Part shown: positions 56,699 to 64,000 of the stretch, in pieces
Layout: the number at the start of each line of letters is the position of its first letter
How positions within the stretch are numbered: the stretch's first letter is position 1
NCBI GenBank assembly: GCA_002415345.1
Contig: DHXV01000003.1
Span: forward strand, 88,213 to 152,212
Length of the DNA stretch: 64,000 nt
Direction: 5' to 3'
Source: Patescibacteria group bacterium UBA5147
GTDB lineage: Bacteria; Patescibacteriota; Saccharimonadia; UBA4664
Translations under genes and position numbers: made by a program
Notes under the pieces: model-generated
Database searches by the model: none
Told to the model about the DNA's origin: nothing
What the model saw: the letters and a program-made list of their open reading frames with translations, nothing else

Positions 56699-59167
56699 TT
56701 ATTGCTTTGTACGATCAAACAGCACTTCGCTTTTAGTCGGTTGTGAACCTGTTTTTGACGTGTTGGAAGGCTGGGTTTGGGGTGGCGTTTCAGGTTCACC
56801 GCCAACGTCCCCTCTATTTAGGGTGATCACGTCACCAGCGGCTGTTTCGCCGCGCAAAATGCGTCCCGCGATGGCGTCTTCGACAGTGCGCGTCACCATG
56901 CGGCGCATGGGGCGGGCACCCAGGCGCGGGTCATAACCGGTTGTTACCAGGTGGGCAATGGCGGCCTCTGTCAGGGTGACGCTGAGCTTTTGCGGCTCAA
57001 GGGTCCGGTTTACTTCAGCAATCAGCAGGGCTACCACCTGGGCCAGCTCCGGCTCTCCCAACGGTCGGAACAGCACTATTTCGTCGAAACGGTTGAGCAA
57101 CTCCGGCTTGAACTGACCAGAGCTGATGAGATTGTCGGTAAATTGCTGTTCAAAAGCGGATAGTTCCTCCCCGGCCTCAATATGCTGACGGATTTCTTCG
57201 GCACCGGCATTGGAGGTGGCGATAATGATGGCGTCTTTGAACGAGGTAGTCTTACCGGACGAGTCGGTAAGGTTGCCTTCATCGAGTAGCTGAAGCATGA
57301 GGTTAAGGATATTTTGATCGGCTTTTTCAATTTCGTCGAACAACACCACGCTAAATGGCTGCTGCCGGACTTTAGCCAGCAGTCCCTGCGGGTTCTCTCC
57401 GGCACCCGCCAGAACGCGTCCGACGTCGCTGGCCTGCTGGTATTCGCTCATATCAAGGCGGACCATGTTGGTTTCGGCACCAAAGTACAGGGCCGCCAGG
57501 CTGCGGGCAAGTTCCGTCTTGCCGACGCCGGTCGGCCCCAAAAATAAGAACGATCCTAACGGCCGCTTGGGGTTGGCGACGCCGGCGCGGGCCCGCCGCA
57601 GAGCCGCCGCCACCACACTGACAGCGTGAGTCTGATTGATCATACGCTGGTGGATGTGGTCTTCCAGGTGGAGCAGGACGTCTGCCTCGTCGGTGCCGGC
57701 CCGCTCCACTTTGACGCCAAGCTGGCTTTCGATAGCCCGCTGCACGCTGAGTTCGGTAATAAACAGACCGTCGGCATGGTTGTAGGCGGCTTCCAGTAGT
57801 TTTAGCGCTTTGCCGGGATAGGCTTCATCGGGGAAATACCGGCCGCTCAAGCGGTAGGCTTCAATGAGTGCGGGCCAAGTCGTGGTGTATTTACCCTGCT
57901 CAAGCAATAGCGCTCGGTCGGCCAGCAAGCGCTCTACCTCTAGCTGGGGAGGCTCCGCCAATACCAGTGGCGTAAGCAAGCCGGACAGCGCCGTGTTGGT
58001 CGACCGCATGCGCTGCCAGTCTCCGGCCGTAATGGCAAATACCATCCTGATGCTGCGGTTCTGGAGAATCGGCAAGAGCACCTGGCTGAGGTTGGCGGCT
58101 CCGGTGCCCTGCCCAAAGAACAACTGGGCTTCATCCAACGCCAGGACGATGTTGCCGGCATGGGCGGCCTCGCCGAGCAGCTGGAGGACAATGCGTTCCA
58201 GATCGCCCGCACTATGCTGGTTTGACAATATTACTGACGCGTTCAGGGCAATCACTTGATGATGCGCCAGGGTTCCCCCGCCGTTGCCCTGAATCAGGCG
58301 GTCGGCCAGGCCGTAAAGCAAGGCGGTCTTGCCGATTCCCGGCTCGCCGACCACGACTACGCTTCCGGTGCCGCTCGACAGGCTGCTGATAAGCGTATCA
58401 AGCTGGTTGGTTCGCTCCTGGACGCCGAATCTGTTCCCTGCCAGCTCCACCTGGCGGCTGAGGTTTTGACCGTACTGGCTGAGCAGCGGCGTATAACCGG
58501 CGGCCCAATCCCGGGCAATACCGCCGTAAACAGGCCGTTTTGCGCTCTGAAAAGTCTCAAGCCGCGCAAGCCAAGCAACCCCTTCGGCTAGATCGGCCGG
58601 TACGAGCTTGAGGGCGGTCAGAACTTCGCGCAACTCCGGGACTACAGTCAGAATCGCGGCGGCGATAGAGGCTTCGTTCAGGCGAGTTCCGCCGTTGGAC
58701 AGGCTCAGGCGTTCTGCCTCCGGCCAAATAGTGTCCAGATCTACGGACGAACCGGCCAGCACGGAGCTGATGATATCCGGGTGCAGATTAAATCGTGAGA
58801 TTAGGAAGCCGACCTGCCAAATGCCGGTCAGCTGCTGCCAGAGTCCCGCAACGCCAGCCTCTGCGGAATAGGACGCGATGAGGCTTGACGGGAGCAGCCG
58901 GTCCAGGCGTTTGGTACTGCCGATAGGATCCGCGGCCAACTTCATGACATCCCGGCGCAGCCAAAGTCCCAGCGTGAGGCAGATCAGCCCGAACCCGCCG
59001 GTTTCAAACGCCACGGCAGTCAAACCGGTGGCGTAACCTGCTCCCGCACCAAGGGCGCCCAGTCCTGCCAGCACAAAGGCGACTAAATATGCCATCGCTC
59101 CGCCGCGGCCAGCGATTGAGGCCTTGGCCAGCCGTAGGCCGCCTCGTTGGTAGCTATAACTACTCAT
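56699..59167 (-). CDS. Clp/Hsp100-family double-AAA+ ATPase with N-terminal two-TM membrane anchor (no ClpB-type M-domain evident)
   Basis: D1 Walker A GEPGIGKT. D2 Walker A GPTGVGKTELARSLA, Walker B VVLFDEIEKA, sensor/arginine-finger region, ClpB/ClpA-like C-terminal small domain. The N-terminus MAYLVAFVLAGLGALGAGAGYATGLTAVAFETGGFGLICLTLGLWL gives two hydrophobic helices. ATG 59167 overlaps the stop of the upstream ORF (ATGA). Confidence 0.8.
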   Translation of the reverse strand: MSSYSYQRGGLRLAKASIAGRGGAMAYLVAFVLAGLGALGAGAGYATGLTAVAFETGGFGLICLTLGLWLRRDVMKLAADPIGSTKRLDRLLPSSLIASYSAEAGVAGLWQQLTGIWQVGFLISRFNLHPDIISSVLAGSSVDLDTIWPEAERLSLSNGGTRLNEASIAAAILTVVPELREVLTALKLVPADLAEGVAWLARLETFQSAKRPVYGGIARDWAAGYTPLLSQYGQNLSRQVELAGNRFGVQERTNQLDTLISSLSSGTGSVVVVGEPGIGKTALLYGLADRLIQGNGGGTLAHHQVIALNASVILSNQHSAGDLERIVLQLLGEAAHAGNIVLALDEAQLFFGQGTGAANLSQVLLPILQNRSIRMVFAITAGDWQRMRSTNTALSGLLTPLVLAEPPQLEVERLLADRALLLEQGKYTTTWPALIEAYRLSGRYFPDEAYPGKALKLLEAAYNHADGLFITELSVQRAIESQLGVKVERAGTDEADVLLHLEDHIHQRMINQTHAVSVVAAALRRARAGVANPKRPLGSFLFLGPTGVGKTELARSLAALYFGAETNMVRLDMSEYQQASDVGRVLAGAGENPQGLLAKVRQQPFSVVLFDEIEKADQNILNLMLQLLDEGNLTDSSGKTTSFKDAIIIATSNAGAEEIRQHIEAGEELSAFEQQFTDNLISSGQFKPELLNRFDEIVLFRPLGEPELAQVVALLIAEVNRTLEPQKLSVTLTEAAIAHLVTTGYDPRLGARPMRRMVTRTVEDAIAGRILRGETAAGDVITLNRGDVGGEPETPPQTQPSNTSKTGSQPTKSEVLFDRTKQ

Positions 59168-59526
59168 CTTAGGAGACCCCACACAATCAATAACGGTCCG
59201 GCCACGGGCAACAGCGGCCATACAGCCAGCCAAACGCCACCTAGGAGGGCGTTCAGACTCATAATAACGACGGCGGCAACTAACGCTGATAATCTCACGC
59301 CGAAGCCTACGAACCTTGATACGACATTGTCCAAGGCGGTGCGGGCCCGCTCTTCCAATGAGCCTCGGCCGTAGCTGATGATGCGCCGCCACGGCGAAAA
59401 CAGCGTCCGCATTAAAATAGGAACGGAGAATTCCTGATAAGTATTAATCAGACGACTAAAAAGACGGTCGGCGTTATTCCGCCAACCCGCTCCGTACCAC
59501 CATCGAAAAAACGCGACTATAAGCAT
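59164..59526 (-). CDS. hypothetical small membrane protein, translationally coupled to the Clp-type ATPase
   Basis: C-terminal half strongly hydrophobic (LSALVAAVVIMSLNALLGGVWLAVWPLLPVAGPLLIVWGLL). 4-nt start/stop overlap with the downstream gene. Confidence 0.5.
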   Translation of the reverse strand: MLIVAFFRWWYGAGWRNNADRLFSRLINTYQEFSVPILMRTLFSPWRRIISYGRGSLEERARTALDNVVSRFVGFGVRLSALVAAVVIMSLNALLGGVWLAVWPLLPVAGPLLIVWGLLR

Positions 59527-59550
59527 AAGCCAATTGTACCATTCCTGCAG

Positions 59551-60327
59551 TTATATAAAGAAGGGACGCCATATTATGACGATCAGCAGTGTGATACCGA
59601 TTGCCGTAAGCAACCGGATTCTGGCGTAGCTGTCGAATATCGCCGGATTAAGGCCTGTTTCATGGCGGCTCAGCCAGGCCAGGCCTAAGCTGAGGCTTGC
59701 GCCGCCCAAGCAGGCGCTAGCCAGAGTGTCACTTGGGTAATGGACGCCCAAATATATCCGGCTGGCGGCGACGGACGCGGCAAATACTACCCAAAGGGCG
59801 ATAACAGCGGCTTTGCGGCCCCTAGAGACCGTCCGGCTGATGAAATAGGCCAGTAGACCATATACTACGACGGCCGCCATGGTATGGCCGCTGGGGAAAC
59901 TGAAGCTGGATTCGTGCACCAGTTGGATCGCCTGGTCGGGCCGGGGCCTTGCAACCAACAACTTTACAATGACGACGACCGTAAGCTCCACCGCTGCACC
60001 GGCCCCGAGCACTATTGGCAACTGGCGGTACGGCGACCGCAGGAGCAGGACGAATGAAGTAACTAGAAGCAGAATAATCCCCTTGGTTCCGGCCAGGCCG
60101 GTCAGGACTTCAAAGAAGGTAGTCAAAGACTGGGAACGCAGACCGATGAGTGCCTGGCCCACGAACAGGTCGAAATGAGCGATGGTATCGGTTTCATGGA
60201 GGCCTTGCAGGATACCGCCAAAGAAAGCCAAACCAAGCCCGGCCACGATCAGGCTGGCTGTAAATTCCATGCCTGTCGGCGTTGACGGGTCAAGCCGCCG
60301 GCCGATCCAGGCGCTGATGTTGTTCAT
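59551..60327 (-). CDS. PAP2-superfamily phosphatase (undecaprenyl-diphosphate/phosphatidylglycerophosphate phosphatase-like)
   Basis: PAP2 motifs: SFPSGH (motif 2) and the downstream SRxxxxxHxxxD-like region (SRIYLGVHYPSD). Polytopic membrane protein. Confidence 0.75.
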   Translation of the reverse strand: MNNISAWIGRRLDPSTPTGMEFTASLIVAGLGLAFFGGILQGLHETDTIAHFDLFVGQALIGLRSQSLTTFFEVLTGLAGTKGIILLLVTSFVLLLRSPYRQLPIVLGAGAAVELTVVVIVKLLVARPRPDQAIQLVHESSFSFPSGHTMAAVVVYGLLAYFISRTVSRGRKAAVIALWVVFAASVAASRIYLGVHYPSDTLASACLGGASLSLGLAWLSRHETGLNPAIFDSYARIRLLTAIGITLLIVIIWRPFFI

Positions 60328-60546
60328 GCTTTCCCTGCTTTCCTCTTAAGAATATACGGACTTGAGCGCCGAGACAACTAAGCAATAGTCTTGCGTATTA
60401 CGCTTAACCTTGACGTAATAGTATTGACATACGTTTAGTTATAGTATATACTGCCTTTTGTTCGCTAGAAGACCCCTTTTGTGGGATCTTTTTAGTTGGA
60501 CGTGCAGGTAACAAGAAAGGTATATCGCCACGCTCGACGTGGCCCT

Positions 60547-61161
60547 ATGCGTAACATCTCACAGCTCGCGGTGTCTATGATGCTGCTTGCCACTCAGGCT
60601 AACGTTTCAACTTCGGTTGGAACTGCCGCCGCCGCCGACACGTCGGTCCAACCGGCGCAAAGCGTTCTCGAGGTGAGAATCAACACAAATACCGGCGACC
60701 CGGTTCAGGTTACGGCTCCAAATAAGCCTAACTTTGACGCCGACGTCCTTGTCCCCTTACGTGCCGCCCAAGCGCAAGCCCAAGCCGCTCGTATCGCCGC
60801 CCAACAGGCCGCCGCACATAAAGTGCGGACAACGGTCCGTACGGCAGCTGTCTCGGTCTCACTTCCTGCCGGCTCTCATGTCGACTGGATGCGCGCCGCC
60901 GGCATAGCTGAAGGCGATTTTGGCTACGTCGACTACATCATCGACCGGGAATCCGGTTGGGGTGTGACGAAGTCCAACTACGGTGGCTCGGGAGCATATG
61001 GTATAGGCCAGGCCTTGCCTGCCAGTAAGATGGCACCCTACGGTGCCGATTACATGACCAACCCGGTTACTCAGCTAAAATGGGCAAACGCCTATGCGGT
61101 TGGTAGATTCGGTTCGTGGGCTAACGCCTACTCATACTGGACTACCCACCACAACTGGTAA
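60547..61161 (+). CDS. secreted protein with C-terminal IsaA/Apf-like (lytic transglycosylase-like) domain, putative cell-wall hydrolase
   Basis: Signal peptide (MRNISQLAVSMMLLATQANVSTSVG). Ala/Gln-rich linker. C-terminal IIDRESGWGV...SGAYGIGQALPASKMA...WANAYAVGRFGSWANAY resembles the ESGG...SGAYG(L)FQ...W transglycosylase-like domain of Gram-positive secreted antigens. TTG 60496 opens the ORF, and ATG 60547 was chosen. Confidence 0.55.
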   Translation: MRNISQLAVSMMLLATQANVSTSVGTAAAADTSVQPAQSVLEVRINTNTGDPVQVTAPNKPNFDADVLVPLRAAQAQAQAARIAAQQAAAHKVRTTVRTAAVSVSLPAGSHVDWMRAAGIAEGDFGYVDYIIDRESGWGVTKSNYGGSGAYGIGQALPASKMAPYGADYMTNPVTQLKWANAYAVGRFGSWANAYSYWTTHHNW

Positions 61162-61174
61162 GCCAATAAGCTCA

Positions 61175-61204
61175 AAAGAGACCCCTGCAAGGGGGTCTCT
61201 TTTG
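61175..61204 (+). terminator. rho-independent terminator (AAAAGAGACCCC-tgcaa-GGGGGTCTCTTTT)
   Basis: Perfect stem plus T-tract right after the 60547 CDS. Confidence 0.85.
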
Positions 61205-61353
61205 GTATTTGGTTACTGTTTCGGCATTATACCACAAGCATTATAAATATACTTTGGTCATCTCGCATAAACTCTGCCAATGCCGGATACATAGCCGGCT
61301 AGGCTGGAAAAGCGGGCTGCTTCGGCTTAACCATGTGTGTACAACTTTGAAAT

Positions 61354-62325
61354 CTAGCTGACGGGCAACATGGCTTCAGGCACCTCGGCCGTAGCAATGA
61401 TAGTTCGGACTTGATCCGGGGTCGAGGTATCCATCAGCTGGGCGCGCAAGTCGCTGGCTCCCCTCCAGCCGCTGACGTAGATCTTAAAGAATTTTTTGAG
61501 GATATGAAACGGCTTGGAGTTGCCGGTTGTCTCGTAGAGCTGGACGTGATCCAGGAGTATTCCTAACCGGTGGGAGGGGGTTGTAGGTGACGGTTCATCG
61601 CTGAAGGCGAAGATGTCATGAAAAATTCCCCGTCCGATCATGATGCCGTCGACGCCGGTTTCGGCAACCCGCTGCAGACCCTCGGCACGGTCGGCAACGT
61701 CTCCGTTACCGATTATCAGCGTTCCAGGAGCTAATTTATCGCGTAGAGCCACTACTTTGGCGATCTCATCCCAACGTGCCGGAACCCGGCTCATTTCACG
61801 TACGGTGCGAGCGTGGATGATCAAGGCGGAAATACCCTGCTCCAGCAGGAACGAGGCCCACTCTTCGGTAATGACCTCACTCAAGCCGATGCGTGTTTTA
61901 ACGCTCACCGGTAACTGACCGGCTCCGCGTTTGGTGGCTTCGATGATGGCGGCGGCCTCTTTGTAGCGGCCAATCATACCGCCGCAGCAGCCACGCGCCA
62001 CAATGCCCCGTTCCGGGCAGCCGAAGTTGATGTCGATGCCCGCGAAACCCATGGCCGCTATTTCCTTGGCGCTGGTGTAATAATTGTCCGGATTGGCGCC
62101 CCAAATTTGCGCTACCAGCGGTCGGCTCAGGTTCGGCTCAATCTCCAGACGTTGCAATGTGTGTTCACGTCCGGCGCTTTGCAGACCGTCGGTCGCCACG
62201 AATTCCGTGAACAGCACGTCAGGAGCCGCCACGCGCGCAACCACCTGGCGGAACACGACGTCGGTAACGTCGTCCATCGGGGCCAGAATAAAGAATGGTT
62301 TAGGAAGCTTCTGCCAGAAATTCAT
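61354..62325 (-). CDS. dus: tRNA-dihydrouridine synthase
   Basis: FILAPMDDVTD...catalytic Cys region GFAGIDINFGCP...TIM-barrel FMN-binding pattern. Start taken at MNFWQK (62325). Confidence 0.85.
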   Translation of the reverse strand: MNFWQKLPKPFFILAPMDDVTDVVFRQVVARVAAPDVLFTEFVATDGLQSAGREHTLQRLEIEPNLSRPLVAQIWGANPDNYYTSAKEIAAMGFAGIDINFGCPERGIVARGCCGGMIGRYKEAAAIIEATKRGAGQLPVSVKTRIGLSEVITEEWASFLLEQGISALIIHARTVREMSRVPARWDEIAKVVALRDKLAPGTLIIGNGDVADRAEGLQRVAETGVDGIMIGRGIFHDIFAFSDEPSPTTPSHRLGILLDHVQLYETTGNSKPFHILKKFFKIYVSGWRGASDLRAQLMDTSTPDQVRTIIATAEVPEAMLPVS

Positions 62326-62372
62326 CACCCTATTATACCATTCTTGCCCGCCGGTCACTCGGCCGGGCCCAT

Positions 62373-63233
62373 TTATGTCCGGGCGCGCGCTGCCCACTGG
62401 CCTGAACCAAGGTTGCGCAGTTTGCCAGATATTTCCATCAGGCTCATAATGTCGGCCAACTCACCGGGGCTCAACCCACTTGAGATGATGAGTTTTTGGG
62501 TGGTGTTGTGGCCCTGTTTTAAGAGTTTGGTTACCAGGGCCTCCCTCGGATCGGCGGCACGGACTGGCAACGGCGCCGTAACACTCAGGTAATGCTTGAA
62601 CTCCTCGATGACGTCCAGTGAACCGGTAATCGGTGTCCCGCCTTCGCGCAGGATGTTATTTGGACCGGCCGACATCGGCGAGGTTACATGACCTGGAACA
62701 ACCATTACGGTGCGCGACTCCTTAAGGGCGAATTTCACCGTATGGATGGCGCCGCTTTTGACGTCGCCCTCAACGAAAATAGTTCCGATCGACAGTCCCG
62801 CGATGATACGATTGCGCATAACGAAGTTTTTGGGAAACGGGATTGTTCCAACCGGGAATTCCGTCACGAGCGTTCCCTTCGATGCCAGGATGTCCATGGC
62901 GAGCTTGCGGTGGGAACTTGGATAAATGCGATCCAGGCCGCTGCCCAGTACTGCCACGGTTTTGCCTCCAGCATCCAGCGCGGCCTGATGCGCAACGCCG
63001 TCGATACCGGCGGCCAGACCGCTGACGATCACGAATCCGGCGGCCGCCAGCTCTCCGGCCAGCTGGTACGCCATATGACGTCCGTAGCTTGTCGGACGGC
63101 GTGTCCCGACAATGGCGATGTACGGCCCGGTTGGTAGATCTCCCAAGGTGTAGAGCAATGTTGGTGGACTAGATATTTCAGCTAATAGTTCAGGATATTC
63201 GGCGGTTTGGAAGTTTATTTGGTTAATTTGCAT
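62373..63233 (-). CDS. dprA: DNA processing protein DprA (Smf)
   Basis: Rossmann-like DprA core: IAIVGTRRPTSYG...IVSGLAAGIDGVAHQAAL...VLGSGLDRIYP. Confidence 0.85.
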   Translation of the reverse strand: MQINQINFQTAEYPELLAEISSPPTLLYTLGDLPTGPYIAIVGTRRPTSYGRHMAYQLAGELAAAGFVIVSGLAAGIDGVAHQAALDAGGKTVAVLGSGLDRIYPSSHRKLAMDILASKGTLVTEFPVGTIPFPKNFVMRNRIIAGLSIGTIFVEGDVKSGAIHTVKFALKESRTVMVVPGHVTSPMSAGPNNILREGGTPITGSLDVIEEFKHYLSVTAPLPVRAADPREALVTKLLKQGHNTTQKLIISSGLSPGELADIMSLMEISGKLRNLGSGQWAARART

Positions 63234-63242
63234 AAGTTGTTG

Positions 63243-63272
63243 TTGACATAATTAACAAACTGTGTTAGTATA
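63243..63272 (+). promoter_or_regulatory. near-consensus sigma70-type promoter (TTGACA-17 nt-TAGTAT) facing a roughly 320-nt leader
   Basis: Read directly: ttgTTGACAtaattaacaaactgtgtTAGTATact. The -35 element sits inside the inverted repeat TTGTT-(9)-AACAA. Divergent from dprA. Confidence 0.55.
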
Positions 63273-63596
63273 CTGAACATACCTCGCAAACGTGCTTGGT
63301 GGTTCCCCTAGACAATATCACTTATCTGCCTGCGATGATATCTGGATGCACCCTCCTCTAGCTATCGCGTAGGCGGATTAGTCCCTTCAAACCCGTTTCC
63401 CATCCTCTGTGAGGGAATCGCAAAAACGCCCTTGGGCGCGGTTGAAGGGTGTAACAAAAGCCTCATCGGTGACCACCCACCTTGGGGTTTTTGTTTTGCC
63501 GAAATTGTGCAAAGTTCTAATGTTTGATGATGCCGATGTGCGGTCGTATACTGCAGTTAGCTTTTTTCGATTCCTTCGATTCGAGATGGAGATACG

Positions 63597-63812
63597 ATGA
63601 CCGCGACATCAACGAGAGCAGCTATCATGGCTATCGTCGGTTTTTCGCCGCTTGGCTGTACTGCAGGTGATCTCTGGGAGCAACTAGCTGGCGGCAACGA
63701 AGCCACCCGGCGCAAGATAACGGCTGCGTGCTACAAGCTGCGCGAAGACAATGAGCTGACATGGAATGGGACCGTTATTGATTCATGGACAGTTCTCATG
63801 AAGGTCCAATAA
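63597..63812 (+). CDS. hypothetical 71-aa protein
   Basis: ATG preceded by GGAGA with a 5-nt spacer. No recognisable motif. Confidence 0.35.
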   Translation: MTATSTRAAIMAIVGFSPLGCTAGDLWEQLAGGNEATRRKITAACYKLREDNELTWNGTVIDSWTVLMKVQ

Positions 63813-64000
63813 CCGTGGCGCCCAAGATGTCCGATTCCTTTTCTTCAACTAACGCCCGAACCAGGTAATTCCGGTTCGGGCGTTGCTATCTGGTAATTTG
63901 AGACCTAAATCAGCTCGGTAGTCTCATCTGTAACTTCTTCCAGACTTAAATACGACGCTATGATTTCGGCGGAGCGAGCAATTACACCAGGAAGAGCGGC

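Noticed and set aside
63409-63600. 63-aa ORF inside the leader downstream of the consensus promoter
   Set aside because: No SD. Overlaps predicted stem-loops. The region is more consistent with an untranslated leader or RNA element.

Overview
This 64-kb window appears to be a chromosomal segment of a small-genome, Gram-positive-type bacterium with roughly mid-50s % GC by eye. It has a dimeric-type GlyRS, a streamlined dcw cluster (rsmH-ftsL-ftsI-mraY-ftsW-murG-ftsQ, with no mraZ, murE, murF, murC, ddl, ftsA or ftsZ), LPXTG surface proteins, and an FtsE-FtsX-CHAP hydrolase operon. This profile suggests a Patescibacteria/CPR-like lineage, possibly Saccharibacteria-like. That lineage call is inference and was not searched. 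Most genes are housekeeping: serS (3' end), hpf, secA, murD, the dcw genes, glyQS, recO, xseAB, rpmA, pyrG, ctpA, ftsEX, prfB, a class A PBP, topA, a DEAD-box helicase, a Clp-type ATPase, dus and dprA. Ten loci stand out as accessory or unusual:
1. A TraG/VirD4-family coupling-protein-like ATPase sits in an operon with a sigma-70-region-4/HARE-HTH-like regulator. It follows ftsQ directly, beyond a 680-bp AT-rich spacer, where ftsA/ftsZ would normally be.
2. Two tandem paralogous LPXTG-anchored surface proteins carry (PT)n linkers. One has a DUF11-like repeat domain. No sortase gene is in the window.
3. Around rsmH and ftsL there are A+C-rich, G/T-poor sequence blocks. One contains a 151-codon basic ORF at the position mraZ usually occupies. 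A 20-codon ORF with a strong SD follows rsmH.
4. The PcsB-like CHAP hydrolase gene after ftsEX encodes an in-frame signal peptide upstream of its first canonical start codon. The only plausible start there is ATT preceded by GGAGG.
5. A Clp/Hsp100 ATPase with an N-terminal two-TM anchor is translationally coupled (ATGA overlap) to an upstream small membrane protein.
6. Two paralogous DUF559/Vsr-like small proteins are present.
7. A lower-GC islet carries three tandem small two-TM proteins and a solo minimal nucleotidyltransferase.
8. A near-consensus sigma70 promoter drives a roughly 320-nt leader that could be a structured RNA.
9. A cluster of nested palindromes and a twice-occurring 13-mer (TCACGCAAGTGAC) lies upstream of an operon of two hypothetical proteins.
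10. Two single-domain CheY-like response regulators occur, one adjacent to a 1099-aa multi-sensor histidine kinase and one remote.
No rRNA, tRNA or CRISPR array was recognised. No searches could be run, so all family assignments come from motifs read directly in the translations.
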